Shown here one piece after another: positions 1-10,045 of a stretch of 64,000 nucleotides of DNA. Source of the DNA: Limnohabitans sp. Rim8 (GTDB lineage Bacteria; Pseudomonadota; Gammaproteobacteria; Burkholderiales; Burkholderiaceae_C); NCBI RefSeq assembly GCF_945869175.1, contig NZ_CAMBNZ010000003.1:2545-66544 (forward strand), written 5' to 3'. Each line of letters starts with the position of its first letter. The first letter of the stretch is position 1. The notes beneath the pieces are model-generated. The model was not told the origin of the DNA and made no database searches. It worked only from the letters and a program-made list of their open reading frames with translations. A program made the translations under genes and the position numbers.

Positions 1-432
1 CTTCATGGCGCGCAAATGGGGTGCGATCAACAAAGCCACCAGACAAAACCCACCCGTCCACCCCATCACATAGGCCAAACCACCCGGTTGCTGCCCACTT
101 CCAGAAAAGCCTTGCAAATAAAGTGCCCCCGCCAAACTGATAAAGGATGCGGCACTCATCCAATCCGCCGCTGTGGCCATCCCGTTGTACATGGCAGGGA
201 TGCGCCGCCCAGCCACGTAATACTCGTCTTCGTCGGTGGTACGACTGGAAATGCCGATCAAGGCATAGATCATCACCGTGCTGAAAAGGAAGATGGGGCC
301 AATCAAGTTGCGCGACAAACCCCATTGTTCTGCCCAAGCCATGGCCCCGATCAAACTGACGAGGATCACCAAGTAAATGAACACATTGCGATGAATCCGC
401 CGATGGTAAGCCGCAAGGGGTCGGGGCGCCAT
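1..432 (-). CDS. sodium:solute symporter family transporter (ActP/VC_2705-like); N-terminal 144 codons only, the gene continues past the window start
   Basis: Not in the ORF track because it has no stop in the window. Manual minus-strand translation from the ATG at 432 gives MAPRPLAAYHRRIHRNVFIYLVILVSLIGAMAW...DEYYVAGRRIPAMYNGMATAADWMSAASFISLAGALYLQGF. The YYxAGR...DxMSAASF block matches the SSF/ActP signature as I remember it. The plus ORF 16..462 is its antisense shadow. Confidence 0.7.
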   Translation of the reverse strand, partial: MAPRPLAAYHRRIHRNVFIYLVILVSLIGAMAWAEQWGLSRNLIGPIFLFSTVMIYALIGISSRTTDEDEYYVAGRRIPAMYNGMATAADWMSAASFISLAGALYLQGFSGSGQQPGGLAYVMGWTGGFCLVALLIAPHLRAMK

Positions 433-466
433 GGAGGGTTTCATCGCCAATCGTTCCTTTGAAGAA

Positions 467-2869
467 TCAGTTGCCCAGTTGGGTCCAAGTCGCGATGACG
501 GTGTCCGGGTTCAGCGAGATCGAACTGATGCCCTGAGCCATCAACCACTGTGCAAAATCGGGATGATCAGAAGGCCCTTGGCCACAGATGCCGACGTATT
601 TGCCCTGAGCCAAGCAAGCCTGAATGGCTTGGGATATCAAGGCAGTCACCGCAGGGTCACGCTCATCAAAATCGGCTGCCAACAAAGCCATGCCCGAGTC
701 GCGGTCCAGACCCAATGTGAGCTGCGTCAAGTCGTTGGAGCCGATCGAAAAGCCGTCGAAGAACGCCAGAAACTGCTCTGCAAGGATCGCATTGCTGGGC
801 ACTTCGCACATCATGATGATTTTGAGCGCGTTCTCGCCCCGGCGCAAACCTTGGTTGGCCAACAGTTGCGTGACCTTTTCGGCCTGCCCCAAAGTGCGCA
901 CAAAGGGCACCATGATCTGGACATTGGTCAGTCCCATATCGCCACGCACCCGCTTGAGGGCTTCACACTCCATGGCAAAGGCTTCACCAAAGTCTGCACT
1001 GATGTAACGCGCTGCCCCCCGAAAACCGAGCATCGGATTTTCTTCTTCGGGCTCATAACGGCTGCCACCAATCAGTTTGCGGTACTCGTTGCTCTTGAAG
1101 TCAGACAGCCGCACGATGACGGGCTTGGGCCAGAAGGCAGCAGCGATGCTGGCCACCCCTTCGGCCACCTTGTCCACATAAAAAGCGCGGGGCGAGGCAT
1201 GGCCACGCGCCACCGATTCGACAGCCTTCTTCAAGTCGGCGTCAATCGCGGGATAGTCCAAGATGGCCTTGGGGTGCACACCAATGTTGTTGTTGATGAT
1301 GAACTCCAGGCGGGCCAAACCGACCCCGGCATTGGGCAACTGGGCAAAGTCAAAAGCCAACTGGGGGTTGCCCACGTTCATCATGATTTTGGTTTTGATC
1401 TCCGGCAACACACCGCGCTGGACTTCACTGATCTCGGTTTCGAGAAGACCATCGTAAATGAGCCCGGTATCACCCTCGGCACAACTGACGGTGACCAAGG
1501 TGTCTTCGCTCAGTTGCTCGGTGGCATTGCCGCAGCCGACCACCGCAGGAATGCCCAGTTCACGCGCAATGATGGCGGCGTGACAGGTACGCCCACCCCG
1601 GTTGGTCACGATGGCACTGGCACGTTTCATCACGGGTTCCCAGTTCGGGTCGGTCATGTCGGTCACCAGCACATCCCCGGGTTGAACCTTGTCCATCTCG
1701 CTGATGTTAAGCACCAATCGCACCGGGCCCGTGCCAATTTTTTGGCCGATCGCACGGCCCTCTGCCAAGATGGCGCTTTTGCCTTTGAGTTTGTAACGCA
1801 GCTCAGGCGTGCCTTTGGCCTGGCTTTTGACCGTCTCAGGGCGCGCTTGCAAGATATAGAGCAAGCCGTCGGTACCGTCTTTGCCCCACTCGATGTCCAT
1901 GGGGCGGCCATAGTGCTGCTCGATCACCACCGCGTAGCGGGCCAATTGCTCGACCTCATCATCGGTCAGGCTGTAGCGGTTGCGCAGTTCAGTGGGCACG
2001 TCAGTGGTTTTGACCAATTTTCCTGTGCTGGCTTTTTCTTCGGGCGTGGCGAACACCATCTCCATCATCTTGGAGCCCAAATTACGGCGAATCACGCTGC
2101 GGTTGCCCGCTGCCAGCATGGGCTTGTGGACATAAAACTCGTCAGGGTTCACCGCGCCCTGCACCACCGTCTCACCCAAACCATAACTGGAGGTGATGAA
2201 CACCACATCTTCAAAACCCGATTCTGTGTCGATGGTGAACATGACACCCGCCGCGCCCAAATCGGAACGCACCATGCGCTGCACACCGGCAGACAAAGCC
2301 ACATCGGCATGGGCAAAGCCCTTGTGCACGCGGTAGCTGATGGCACGGTCGTTGTAGAGCGAGGCGAACACCTCTTTCATCTTGAGCAGCACGTCCTCGA
2401 TGCCCACCACGTTCAAGAAGGTCTCTTGTTGGCCCGCGAAAGAAGCATCCGGCAAATCCTCGGCTGTGGCCGAAGAGCGCACGGCAAACGAAGCATCCGT
2501 GTTGCCGCCTTGCAGGCGCACAAACGCTTCCCGAATGGCTTGAGCCAAGTCTTCCGGAAAAGGCTGCGCCTCGACCATGGCGCGGATTTCAGCCCCCGCT
2601 GCGGCCAAAGCACGCACATCCTCGGTGTCCAACGCGTCCAAACGGGCGTTGATGCGCTCGGTCAGGCCGCCAAACGCCAAAAACTGGCGAAATGCGTGCG
2701 CGGTGGTGGCAAATCCGGTCGGCACCCGCACGCCAGAAGGCAGCTGGGAAATCATCTCCCCCAGGCTGGCGTTTTTGCCACCGACCGACTCGACATCGGT
2801 CATGCGCAACAACTCAAAGGGAACGACCAAAGCGGTCTCGTTGAAAAGATCAGACATGCAAAGCTCCAA
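467..2869 (-). CDS. ppsA: phosphoenolpyruvate synthase (pyruvate, water dikinase)
   Basis: 800 aa ORF. The N-terminus [29 protein letters not shown], the phosphohistidine swivel region [21 protein letters not shown] and the PEP-utilising C-terminal domain are all present. Length is typical. The start could be the internal MSDLFNE. Confidence 0.95.
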   Translation of the reverse strand: MELCMSDLFNETALVVPFELLRMTDVESVGGKNASLGEMISQLPSGVRVPTGFATTAHAFRQFLAFGGLTERINARLDALDTEDVRALAAAGAEIRAMVEAQPFPEDLAQAIREAFVRLQGGNTDASFAVRSSATAEDLPDASFAGQQETFLNVVGIEDVLLKMKEVFASLYNDRAISYRVHKGFAHADVALSAGVQRMVRSDLGAAGVMFTIDTESGFEDVVFITSSYGLGETVVQGAVNPDEFYVHKPMLAAGNRSVIRRNLGSKMMEMVFATPEEKASTGKLVKTTDVPTELRNRYSLTDDEVEQLARYAVVIEQHYGRPMDIEWGKDGTDGLLYILQARPETVKSQAKGTPELRYKLKGKSAILAEGRAIGQKIGTGPVRLVLNISEMDKVQPGDVLVTDMTDPNWEPVMKRASAIVTNRGGRTCHAAIIARELGIPAVVGCGNATEQLSEDTLVTVSCAEGDTGLIYDGLLETEISEVQRGVLPEIKTKIMMNVGNPQLAFDFAQLPNAGVGLARLEFIINNNIGVHPKAILDYPAIDADLKKAVESVARGHASPRAFYVDKVAEGVASIAAAFWPKPVIVRLSDFKSNEYRKLIGGSRYEPEEENPMLGFRGAARYISADFGEAFAMECEALKRVRGDMGLTNVQIMVPFVRTLGQAEKVTQLLANQGLRRGENALKIIMMCEVPSNAILAEQFLAFFDGFSIGSNDLTQLTLGLDRDSGMALLAADFDERDPAVTALISQAIQACLAQGKYVGICGQGPSDHPDFAQWLMAQGISSISLNPDTVIATWTQLGN

Positions 2870-2895
2870 AGTTAAAACCTGGCTCCAATGCGTTG

Positions 2896-2932
2896 CTCAG
2901 GGTTGTTCTTGTTCTTGGCATGGAACCCTGAG
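2896..2932. promoter_or_regulatory. 9-bp perfect inverted repeat (CTCAGGGTT-N19-AACCCTGAG) in the divergent ppsA/ppsR intergenic region
   Basis: Read directly from the sequence: ctcagggtt at 2896..2904 and aaccctgag at 2924..2932. The spacer contains a tgttct tgttct duplication. Confidence 0.3.
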
Positions 2933-2983
2933 CCGACAGCGGTGGATAATCGATTGATTTTAGGGGTCTAGCTGATCTCGCAC

Positions 2984-3823
2984 TTGAAACCAATCACCAG
3001 CATGTCGAAACGCACTGTATTTTTTGTATCGGACGGCACGGGGATCACGGCCGAAACTTTTGGCAACGCCATTCTTGCCCAGTTCGACATGAAGACCCGG
3101 CATGTGCGGCTGCCCTTCACCGACACCATTGACAAGGCGCACCAAGCGGTCCGGCAAATTAACCACACCGCCGATACCGAGGGCAACAAACCTATCGTGT
3201 TCACCACCTTGGTGAACATGGACGTGCTCAGGGTGCTTCAAGAACATTGTCAAGGGATGCTGCTCGACATGTTTGGCACCTTTGTGAACCCGCTCGAAGC
3301 CGAACTGGGCATCAAATCCCACCACCGGGTCGGTCGTTTTTCAGATGTAAGCAAAAGCAAGGAATACCAGGACCGGATCGAGGCTATCAACTTCTCCCTG
3401 GCACACGATGATGGCCAGTCCAACCGCGATCTGGAGTCGGCCGATGTGATCCTGGTCGGCGTGAGCCGCAGTGGCAAAACACCCACCAGCCTGTACCTGG
3501 CCATGCAACACGGCCTCAAAGCCGCCAACTACCCCTTGATTCCAGAAGACTTTGACCGCCGTCAACTGCCACCCGCTTTGGTGCCGCACAACAAAAAGAT
3601 CTTCGGCCTGAGCATTCACCCGGACCGCTTGGCGGAAATCCGTGCAGAGCGCCGACCCAACTCCCGCTACGCCAGCCTTGAGAACTGCCGCATGGAAGTC
3701 TCGGAAGCCGAAGCCATGATGCGACGCTCGGGCATCCGCTGGCTGTCGACCACGACCAAATCGATTGAAGAAATCGCCACCACCATCTTGCAAGAAATCA
3801 AACCGGAGCGGCTGATCTACTGA
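2984..3823 (+). CDS. ppsR: PEP synthase regulatory protein (bifunctional kinase/pyrophosphorylase, DUF299)
   Basis: 279 aa. It has the [16 protein letters not shown]-terminus and the P-loop [15 protein letters not shown]. It is divergent from ppsA, which is the conserved arrangement. Confidence 0.9.
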   Translation: MKPITSMSKRTVFFVSDGTGITAETFGNAILAQFDMKTRHVRLPFTDTIDKAHQAVRQINHTADTEGNKPIVFTTLVNMDVLRVLQEHCQGMLLDMFGTFVNPLEAELGIKSHHRVGRFSDVSKSKEYQDRIEAINFSLAHDDGQSNRDLESADVILVGVSRSGKTPTSLYLAMQHGLKAANYPLIPEDFDRRQLPPALVPHNKKIFGLSIHPDRLAEIRAERRPNSRYASLENCRMEVSEAEAMMRRSGIRWLSTTTKSIEEIATTILQEIKPERLIY

Positions 3824-3842
3824 GGCAGAGCAGACACCTTGA

Positions 3843-5171
3843 CTATCTCAAAGTGGCCGCCATGCGTTCGGCACATTCTCGCGCCTGCACCGCATCTCGC
3901 GCCTCCACCATGACCCGCAGCAAAGGCTCGGTGCCGCTGGCGCGGATCAAGACCCTGCCCGAATCTCCCAGTTCAAGCTCTACCGAGCGTTTCGCATCCC
4001 ACAGAGGCTGGTGACTTTGCCAGTCAAAGTCGGGGGACAAACGCACGTTGATGAGGGTTTGCGGGAAAAGCGTGATGCCCCCCAGCAATTGGGCCATGGT
4101 CTTGCCGCTGCCCACGCAGGCTTGCAACACCTGCAAAGCGCTGACCAGTCCATCGCCCGTGGTGTGCTTGTCCAAGACCAACAAATGGCCAGAGCCCTCG
4201 CCTCCGATCAACCAGCCCTTGTCGTGCAAGACCTCCAACACATAGCGGTCACCCACTTGGGCCCGTTCAAACTGCACGCCGCGTTGCTTCAGAGCCACCT
4301 CGACCGCCAGGTTGGTCATCAGTGTGCCCACCGCCCCCGGCACGGCCTCGTCTCTGGCCAGGCGATCCGTGACCATCAAATACAAGAGCTCATCGCCATT
4401 GAACAATCGCCCGGTCGCGTCCACCAACTGCAAGCGGTCAGCATCGCCGTCCAAAGCGATACCGTAATCGGCTCGGTGGTCTTCGACCGCCTGGACCAAT
4501 GCCGCCGGGTGCGTTGCACCCACGTCTTTATTGATGTTCAGACCATCGGGTGAGCAACCGATGGCGATGACTTCCGCACCCAGTTCATGAAACACTTTGG
4601 GCGCGATTTGATAAGCCGCGCCGTTCGCAGCATCCACCACAATCTTCAAACCCTTGAGGGTCATGTCACTTGAAAAAGTGCTCTTGCAAAACTCGATGTA
4701 GCGGCCTGCGGCATCGTCCAAACGTCGGGTTTTGCCCAAAGCGGCAGATTCTGCCCAAACGGGGTCCTCAAGCAAGGTGGCCTCCACGGCTTCTTCCCAG
4801 GCGTCCGATAGTTTTTGCCCCTGCGCGCTGAAAAACTTGATCCCGTTGTCCGCGTAGGGGTTGTGGCTGGCACTGATCACCACACCCAACGATGCACGTT
4901 GTGCACGGGTCAAGTACGCCACCGCCGGCGTGGGGACAGGCCCCAACAACACCACATCCACCCCTGCAGAATTGAAACCCGACTCCAAGGCACTTTCCAG
5001 CATGTACCCGGAAATCCGCGTGTCTTTGCCAATCAATACCGTGGGATGCGCATCTTGGGCCTTCAATACTCGGCCCACCGCATGCGCCAAACGCAAGATG
5101 AAATCGGGTGTGATGGGGCTTTGACCCACCGTACCACGAATGCCATCTGTCCCAAAGTAATGACGCGCCAT
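3843..5171 (-). CDS. glmM: phosphoglucosamine mutase
   Basis: The ORF 3843..5255 is trimmed to the ATG at 5171 ([13 protein letters not shown]). The active-site block [16 protein letters not shown] is present. Trimmed length is 443 aa. Confidence 0.93.
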   Translation of the reverse strand: MARHYFGTDGIRGTVGQSPITPDFILRLAHAVGRVLKAQDAHPTVLIGKDTRISGYMLESALESGFNSAGVDVVLLGPVPTPAVAYLTRAQRASLGVVISASHNPYADNGIKFFSAQGQKLSDAWEEAVEATLLEDPVWAESAALGKTRRLDDAAGRYIEFCKSTFSSDMTLKGLKIVVDAANGAAYQIAPKVFHELGAEVIAIGCSPDGLNINKDVGATHPAALVQAVEDHRADYGIALDGDADRLQLVDATGRLFNGDELLYLMVTDRLARDEAVPGAVGTLMTNLAVEVALKQRGVQFERAQVGDRYVLEVLHDKGWLIGGEGSGHLLVLDKHTTGDGLVSALQVLQACVGSGKTMAQLLGGITLFPQTLINVRLSPDFDWQSHQPLWDAKRSVELELGDSGRVLIRASGTEPLLRVMVEARDAVQARECAERMAATLR

Positions 5172-5256
5172 GTGAACGATCCTGATTTTTGTAATAAGTG
5201 AAGGAATTTTAGCCCTCCGCACCCTGCAAGCCACTGAGCCAGCACGTATCAGCAAT

Positions 5257-6144
5257 TCAAAGTGTGCTGGATTGCGCCTGCATCGCGCACCAGATTTTGA
5301 GTGCGTCCACCGTGTCCTTCACATCATGCACCCGCACAACAGAAGCGCCCCGTTCCACGGCCATCAAGGCAGCCGCCACACTGGCCACCTGTCTTTGCGC
5401 AGGTTCGGGGGCTGCTCCGTCTTGAGCCAGAATGGCCCCTAAAGCCGATTTGCGAGACCAACCAGCCAACAAAGGGGCGCCCAAATGCAGCAAATCGGCT
5501 TGCCTTGCCAAGAGCTGAAAGTTCTGGGCCACGGTTTTGCCAAAACCAATGCCAGGGTCCAGCACCAATCGGGATGCCGCCACACCATTGGCCAACAAGA
5601 CCGCCAAACGAGAACGCAAAAAAGCGTCGACTTCTGCCAAGACATCGCCCTGCATGGGCTCAATTTGCATGGTTTGGGGGTCCCGGTGCATGTGCATCAA
5701 ACACACGCCGCAATGAGGATGGGCCGCGACCACTTGCAGGGCACCCGGCAGGCGCAGGGCCCAAATGTCATTGACAATGTCCACGCCCCAGTCCAAGCAG
5801 GCCTGCATCACCTCCGGTTTGTAGGTATCCACCGAAATCGGGACCTGCCAGCGCACCGCTTCACGCAAAACTGGCTCAAGCCGCGCCAACTCTTGGGGCG
5901 CAGGCACCACGACAGCCCCTGGGCGCGTGGATTCAGCACCGATGTCCAAAATGGCTGCCCCATCGCGCAGCAGTTGCTCAGCATGCCGCAATGCCTGCGA
6001 GGTCTCGGCGTTCAGACCACCATCCGAAAAAGAGTCTGGGGTGACATTGACTATGCCCATGACCAAAGGCTTGGCGAGGTCCAAGACAAAGCGCGTGGTT
6101 TGCCAGTGTCTGTCCGGTAGCGATGGTCTGGGAGCGCTGTTCAT
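5257..6144 (-). CDS. folP: dihydropteroate synthase
   Basis: The ORF is trimmed to the ATG at 6144 (MNSAPRP...). It carries the motifs [15 protein letters not shown] and [10 protein letters not shown]. It sits between ftsH and glmM, as in many proteobacteria. Confidence 0.9.
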   Translation of the reverse strand: MNSAPRPSLPDRHWQTTRFVLDLAKPLVMGIVNVTPDSFSDGGLNAETSQALRHAEQLLRDGAAILDIGAESTRPGAVVVPAPQELARLEPVLREAVRWQVPISVDTYKPEVMQACLDWGVDIVNDIWALRLPGALQVVAAHPHCGVCLMHMHRDPQTMQIEPMQGDVLAEVDAFLRSRLAVLLANGVAASRLVLDPGIGFGKTVAQNFQLLARQADLLHLGAPLLAGWSRKSALGAILAQDGAAPEPAQRQVASVAAALMAVERGASVVRVHDVKDTVDALKIWCAMQAQSSTL

Positions 6145-6208
6145 CGGTGTCCTTCCATGAAAAACGGGGCCCAAAAGCCCCGCTTCATGACACACGCATT
6201 TTGAAAAA

Positions 6209-8137
6209 TCAAGCTGCAGTGGTCGCCGGTTCAGTTTGCACCGCAGGGGTTCCGCCACCGCTGCCGCCACCCGAGGGGGGCGTACGAGGCGTCCAATCCT
6301 TGGGAGGCATAGGATCACGCCCTGCCATGATGTCGTCAATTTGGTCCTTGTCGATGGTTTCCCATTCGAGCAAAGCTTTGGCCATGGCGTGCATCTGAGC
6401 GCTGTGCTCTTCGATCAGATGGCGTGCCAGTTTGTATTGCTCGTCGATGATTCGGCGCACTTCCATGTCCACTTTTTGCATGGTGGATTCACTCATGTTG
6501 GTGGTCTTGGTGACCGAACGGCCTAAAAAGACTTCGCCTTCGTTCTCGGCGTAGACCATCGGCCCCAGTGCATCGGTCATGCCATAGCGCATCACCATGT
6601 CACGGGCAATGGAGGTGGCGCGTTCAAAATCATTGCTGGCACCGGTGGTCATCTGGTGCATGAACACCTCTTCAGCGATGCGGCCACCAAAAAGCATGCT
6701 GATTTGGTTCAACATGAACTCTTTGTCAAAGCTGTATCGGTCTTGCTCGGGCAAGCTCATGGTGACACCCAAAGCGCGGCCACGGGGAATGATGGTGACT
6801 TTGTGCACAGGGTCGCACTTGGGCAGCAATTTGCCGATCAAGGCATGGCCCGCTTCGTGGTAAGCCGTGTTGCGGCGCTCATGCTCAGGCATGACCATGC
6901 TCTTGCGCTCAGGGCCCATCAAGATTTTGTCCTTGGCCTTTTCAAAGTCCACCATCTCGACCACGCGGGCGTTCCGGCGCGCTGCCATCAAAGCCGCTTC
7001 GTTACAAAGGTTAGCCAAATCGGCACCACTCATGCCCGGTGTGCCGCGGGCGATGATGCCCGCATTGACGTCTTGGCCAATCGGCACCTTGCGCATGTGC
7101 ACGTTCAAGATTTGTTCGCGTCCGCGGATATCGGGCAAGGTCACATAGACCTGACGATCGAAGCGTCCTGGACGCAGCAAAGCAGCATCCAAAATGTCGG
7201 GGCGGTTGGTGGCGGCCACCACGATCACACCTAAATTGGTCTCAAAACCATCCATCTCGACCAGCATCTGGTTCAGCGTTTGCTCGCGTTCGTCGTTGCC
7301 ACCGCCCAAGCCGGCACCACGTTGACGGCCGACCGCGTCGATCTCGTCAATGAAAATGATGCAAGGCGCATTCTTCTTGGCGTTCTCAAACATGTCTCGA
7401 ACACGCGCCGCGCCCACACCGACGAACATTTCAACAAAATCAGAACCGGAGATGCTGAAAAACGGCACCTTGGCTTCACCGGCGATGCCTTTGGCGAGCA
7501 AGGTCTTGCCGGTACCGGGAGGGCCCACCAGCAACAAGCCACGTGGAATACGGCCGCCCAGCTTCTGGAATTTTTGAGGATCTTTCAGAAAATCAACCAC
7601 TTCCTTGACTTCTTCTTTGGCCTCGTCACAACCCGCCACGTCCGCAAAAGTCACCTGGTTGTTGTTTTCATCCAGCATGCGCGCCTTGGACTTGCCAAAA
7701 CTGAAAGCGCCACCTTTGCCGCCGCCTTGCATCTGTCGCATGAAATAAACCCAGACGCCAATCAGCAGCAGCATGGGCCCCCAGCTGACAAGCAAAGTCA
7801 TGAGCAGAGAACCTTCTTCTCTGGGTTTCACATCGAATTTGACGCCGCTGTTGATCAGATCCCCCACCAAACCTCGGTCCAGGTAAGTGGCCGTGGTTTT
7901 GATACGGCGGTCATCGTTGGTGATGGCCAAAATCTCGGTGCCACCAGGGCTTTCGGAAATGGTGGCGCTCTTGATGCGGTTACCGCGAACCTCTTCGAGG
8001 AAATCTGAATACCCAATGGCATTCGCACCTGCGACACCACGGTTGTCAAATTGCTTGAACAAGGTGAACAGCACCATGGCAATCACCATCCAAACAGCAA
8101 TTTTGGAAAACCAAGGGTTGTTCAAGAGAGGCTCCAA
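6209..8137 (-). CDS. ftsH: ATP-dependent zinc metalloprotease FtsH
   Basis: 642 aa. It has two N-terminal TM segments, Walker [13 protein letters not shown], the SRH region and the zinc motif HEAGHAL. Confidence 0.97.
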   Translation of the reverse strand: MEPLLNNPWFSKIAVWMVIAMVLFTLFKQFDNRGVAGANAIGYSDFLEEVRGNRIKSATISESPGGTEILAITNDDRRIKTTATYLDRGLVGDLINSGVKFDVKPREEGSLLMTLLVSWGPMLLLIGVWVYFMRQMQGGGKGGAFSFGKSKARMLDENNNQVTFADVAGCDEAKEEVKEVVDFLKDPQKFQKLGGRIPRGLLLVGPPGTGKTLLAKGIAGEAKVPFFSISGSDFVEMFVGVGAARVRDMFENAKKNAPCIIFIDEIDAVGRQRGAGLGGGNDEREQTLNQMLVEMDGFETNLGVIVVAATNRPDILDAALLRPGRFDRQVYVTLPDIRGREQILNVHMRKVPIGQDVNAGIIARGTPGMSGADLANLCNEAALMAARRNARVVEMVDFEKAKDKILMGPERKSMVMPEHERRNTAYHEAGHALIGKLLPKCDPVHKVTIIPRGRALGVTMSLPEQDRYSFDKEFMLNQISMLFGGRIAEEVFMHQMTTGASNDFERATSIARDMVMRYGMTDALGPMVYAENEGEVFLGRSVTKTTNMSESTMQKVDMEVRRIIDEQYKLARHLIEEHSAQMHAMAKALLEWETIDKDQIDDIMAGRDPMPPKDWTPRTPPSGGGSGGGTPAVQTEPATTAA

Positions 8138-8232
8138 TCGAAAAAAATAATTGAAGTGATTTTAGGCTTGCTGGAGGCTCCGATAAAGGCCAAATGTTGT
8201 TTTGGCCCTCGAAAAGGGAGGAATTAAGGGGG

Positions 8233-8895
8233 TCAATCGCTGTGAATCAGGCCCATGCCCACCAAAAATGTCTCCGAAGACTTGTCTCGCGAAGATTTGG
8301 GCTTGATGGGTTTGACGACTTTGAAGGTCTCTTTGAACATCTTCACGATCTGGCTGTACCCACTGCCATGGAACACCTTGACCACCAAAGCCCCCTGCGG
8401 CTTCATGTGGTTTTGGGCAAATTCCACCGCCAACTCGATCAAATGCAAGATACGGGCAGCGTCCGAAGACTCGATGCCCGATAAATTGGGCGCCATGTCC
8501 GACACCACCACATCAGCCTGTCGCCCCTGCAAAGCCGCTTCGAGCAAAGCGGCCACTTCGTTCTCACGAAAATCACCTTGAATGAATTGCACACCCTCCA
8601 CTGGGGCCATGGGCAGGATGTCGAGCGCAATGATGCTGCCATTGAGCTCGCCCACAGCGGCGCCATCGGGCGACAAGCGGCGGCGCAAATACTGGCTCCA
8701 AGCGCCTGGAGCAGAGCCCAAGTCCACCACCAAATCACCCGGTCGGATCAAGCCCAGGGTCTCATCGATTTCCTTGAGCTTGTAAGCCGCACGCGCCCGA
8801 TAACCCTCCTTGAGGGCCAATTTGACGTACGTGTCATTCACATGGTCGTTCAACCACGCTTTGTTAACCTTTTTACTTTTGGTTTTGACTTTCAT
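8233..8895 (-). CDS. rlmE: 23S rRNA (uridine2552-2'-O)-methyltransferase RlmE/FtsJ
   Basis: 220 aa. It has [27 protein letters not shown] and the SAM motif [13 protein letters not shown]. It lies upstream of ftsH. Confidence 0.93.
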   Translation of the reverse strand: MKVKTKSKKVNKAWLNDHVNDTYVKLALKEGYRARAAYKLKEIDETLGLIRPGDLVVDLGSAPGAWSQYLRRRLSPDGAAVGELNGSIIALDILPMAPVEGVQFIQGDFRENEVAALLEAALQGRQADVVVSDMAPNLSGIESSDAARILHLIELAVEFAQNHMKPQGALVVKVFHGSGYSQIVKMFKETFKVVKPIKPKSSRDKSSETFLVGMGLIHSD

Positions 8896-8926
8896 TCTTT
8901 TGCGTCCTTACGGGGATAATACGGGG

Positions 8927-9400
8927 ATGCCCCAAATACAACTCACACCTGCCGAGCGCAAAGTTTTTCGCGCCGATGCCCACCACCTGGATCCTGTCGT
9001 CATGGTCGGAGGCGATGGTTTGACCCCTGCCGTCATCAAAGAAACCGAAGCGGCCTTGAACGCCCATGGCCTGATCAAGATCCGCGTATTGGGCGACGAT
9101 CGCGCCGCACGCGAAGCCATGTTTTCCCAATTGACAGACCAACTCCATGCTGCGCCGATCCAGCACATCGGCAAATTGCTCATCCTCTGGCGTCCTCAAC
9201 CCGAGAAGATCAAAGAAACCGATGAAGACCGGAAAGCCGGTCCTCGCGATTTCAAAATCCTGAAATACAGCTCACGTGGCGGGCAGCGACCTGAAGTCAA
9301 AACCGTTCGCGTACTGGGCAACCAACGACTGGCTGCTGGTGGACAGATCAAGCGGGCCAAGCCCAAGCAAAAATCGGTCAAAAAAGGTCGCCTAGACTGA
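8927..9400 (+). CDS. yhbY: YhbY/CRS1-type ribosome assembly RNA-binding protein with a basic C-terminal extension
   Basis: The ORF is trimmed to the ATG at 8927 (MPQIQLTPAERKVFRADAHHLDPVVMVGGDGLTPAV). It is divergent from rlmE, as in E. coli. It is 157 aa, against roughly 100 aa for the core domain. Confidence 0.8.
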   Translation: MPQIQLTPAERKVFRADAHHLDPVVMVGGDGLTPAVIKETEAALNAHGLIKIRVLGDDRAAREAMFSQLTDQLHAAPIQHIGKLLILWRPQPEKIKETDEDRKAGPRDFKILKYSSRGGQRPEVKTVRVLGNQRLAAGGQIKRAKPKQKSVKKGRLD

Positions 9401-9440
9401 CCCAGAGGGCACCTGAAATAGCCCGTTGGGGTGTTAGAGT

Positions 9441-9466
9441 GGGCCGTTTTTCAACGGCCCTTTTTG
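9441..9466 (+). terminator. rho-independent terminator between the convergent genes yhbY and greA, possibly bidirectional
   Basis: The hairpin is GGGCCGTT-tttc-AACGGCCC followed by TTTTT. It is an 8-bp GC-rich stem. Confidence 0.7.
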
Positions 9467-9470
9467 CATC

Positions 9471-9947
9471 TCAAATGTAAGAAACGCTGACGATTTCGTA
9501 GCGACGCACGCCCCCGGGTGCCTGGACTTCGGCCACATCACCCTCTTCTTTACCGATCAAAGCGCGGGCAATCGGGCTACCGATGTTGATCAATCCCAGC
9601 TTCAAATCCGCCTCATCCTCGCCCACAATTTGGTACTTGAACGCTTCGCCTGAGCCTTCGTCTTCCAGTTCCACGGTGGTGCCGAACACCACACGGCCGC
9701 CCGCATCCACCGATGACGGATCGATGATTTGCGCGGCGGACAACTTGCCTTCAATTTCCTGAATTCGCCCCTCGATGAAGCCTTGACGGTCTTTGGCTGC
9801 ATCGTATTCGGCGTTCTCACTCAAGTCGCCTTGGGCTCGCGCCTCGGCAATGGCTTGAATCACGCCAGGACGGTCAACGGTTTTGAGGCGATGCAGCTCA
9901 TCTTTGAGCTTTTCAGCACCACGTTTTGTGATCGGGATGGTGGACAT
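9471..9947 (-). CDS. greA: transcription elongation factor GreA
   Basis: The ORF is trimmed to the ATG at 9947 ([22 protein letters not shown]). It contains the [12 protein letters not shown] motif. Length is 158 aa. Confidence 0.93.
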   Translation of the reverse strand: MSTIPITKRGAEKLKDELHRLKTVDRPGVIQAIAEARAQGDLSENAEYDAAKDRQGFIEGRIQEIEGKLSAAQIIDPSSVDAGGRVVFGTTVELEDEGSGEAFKYQIVGEDEADLKLGLINIGSPIARALIGKEEGDVAEVQAPGGVRRYEIVSVSYI

Positions 9948-10045
9948 GCAGTGTTCTCCAAAAACAAACCGCCGAGTTTTAAACTCGGCGGTCATTCATT
10001 GCATTATGCCTTGCCAAATTGACCAGGCAAGGTTCAAAAGGCGGA

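Noticed and set aside
16-462. A 148-aa plus-strand ORF at the window start.
   Set aside because: It lies antisense to a convincing symporter N-terminus on the minus strand. Its composition is low-complexity and Pro/Arg/His-rich.
431-2875. An 814-aa plus-strand ORF that covers the whole ppsA locus.
   Set aside because: It is the antisense shadow of a clearly identified, full-length ppsA in GC-rich DNA. Its translation is Arg/Gly/His/Ala-rich with no recognisable motif.
2911-2932. The TGGCAT...TGAG stretch in the ppsA/ppsR spacer resembles a sigma54 -24/-12 element.
   Set aside because: There is no GC dinucleotide at the required 10-nt spacing from the GG. It does not fit TGGCAC-N5-TTGC.
9996-10045. 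The hairpin CCTTGCC-N10-GGCAAGG lies between carB and greA.
   Set aside because: It has a 7-bp stem with no U-tract on the relevant strand. It is too weak to call a terminator or operator with any confidence.
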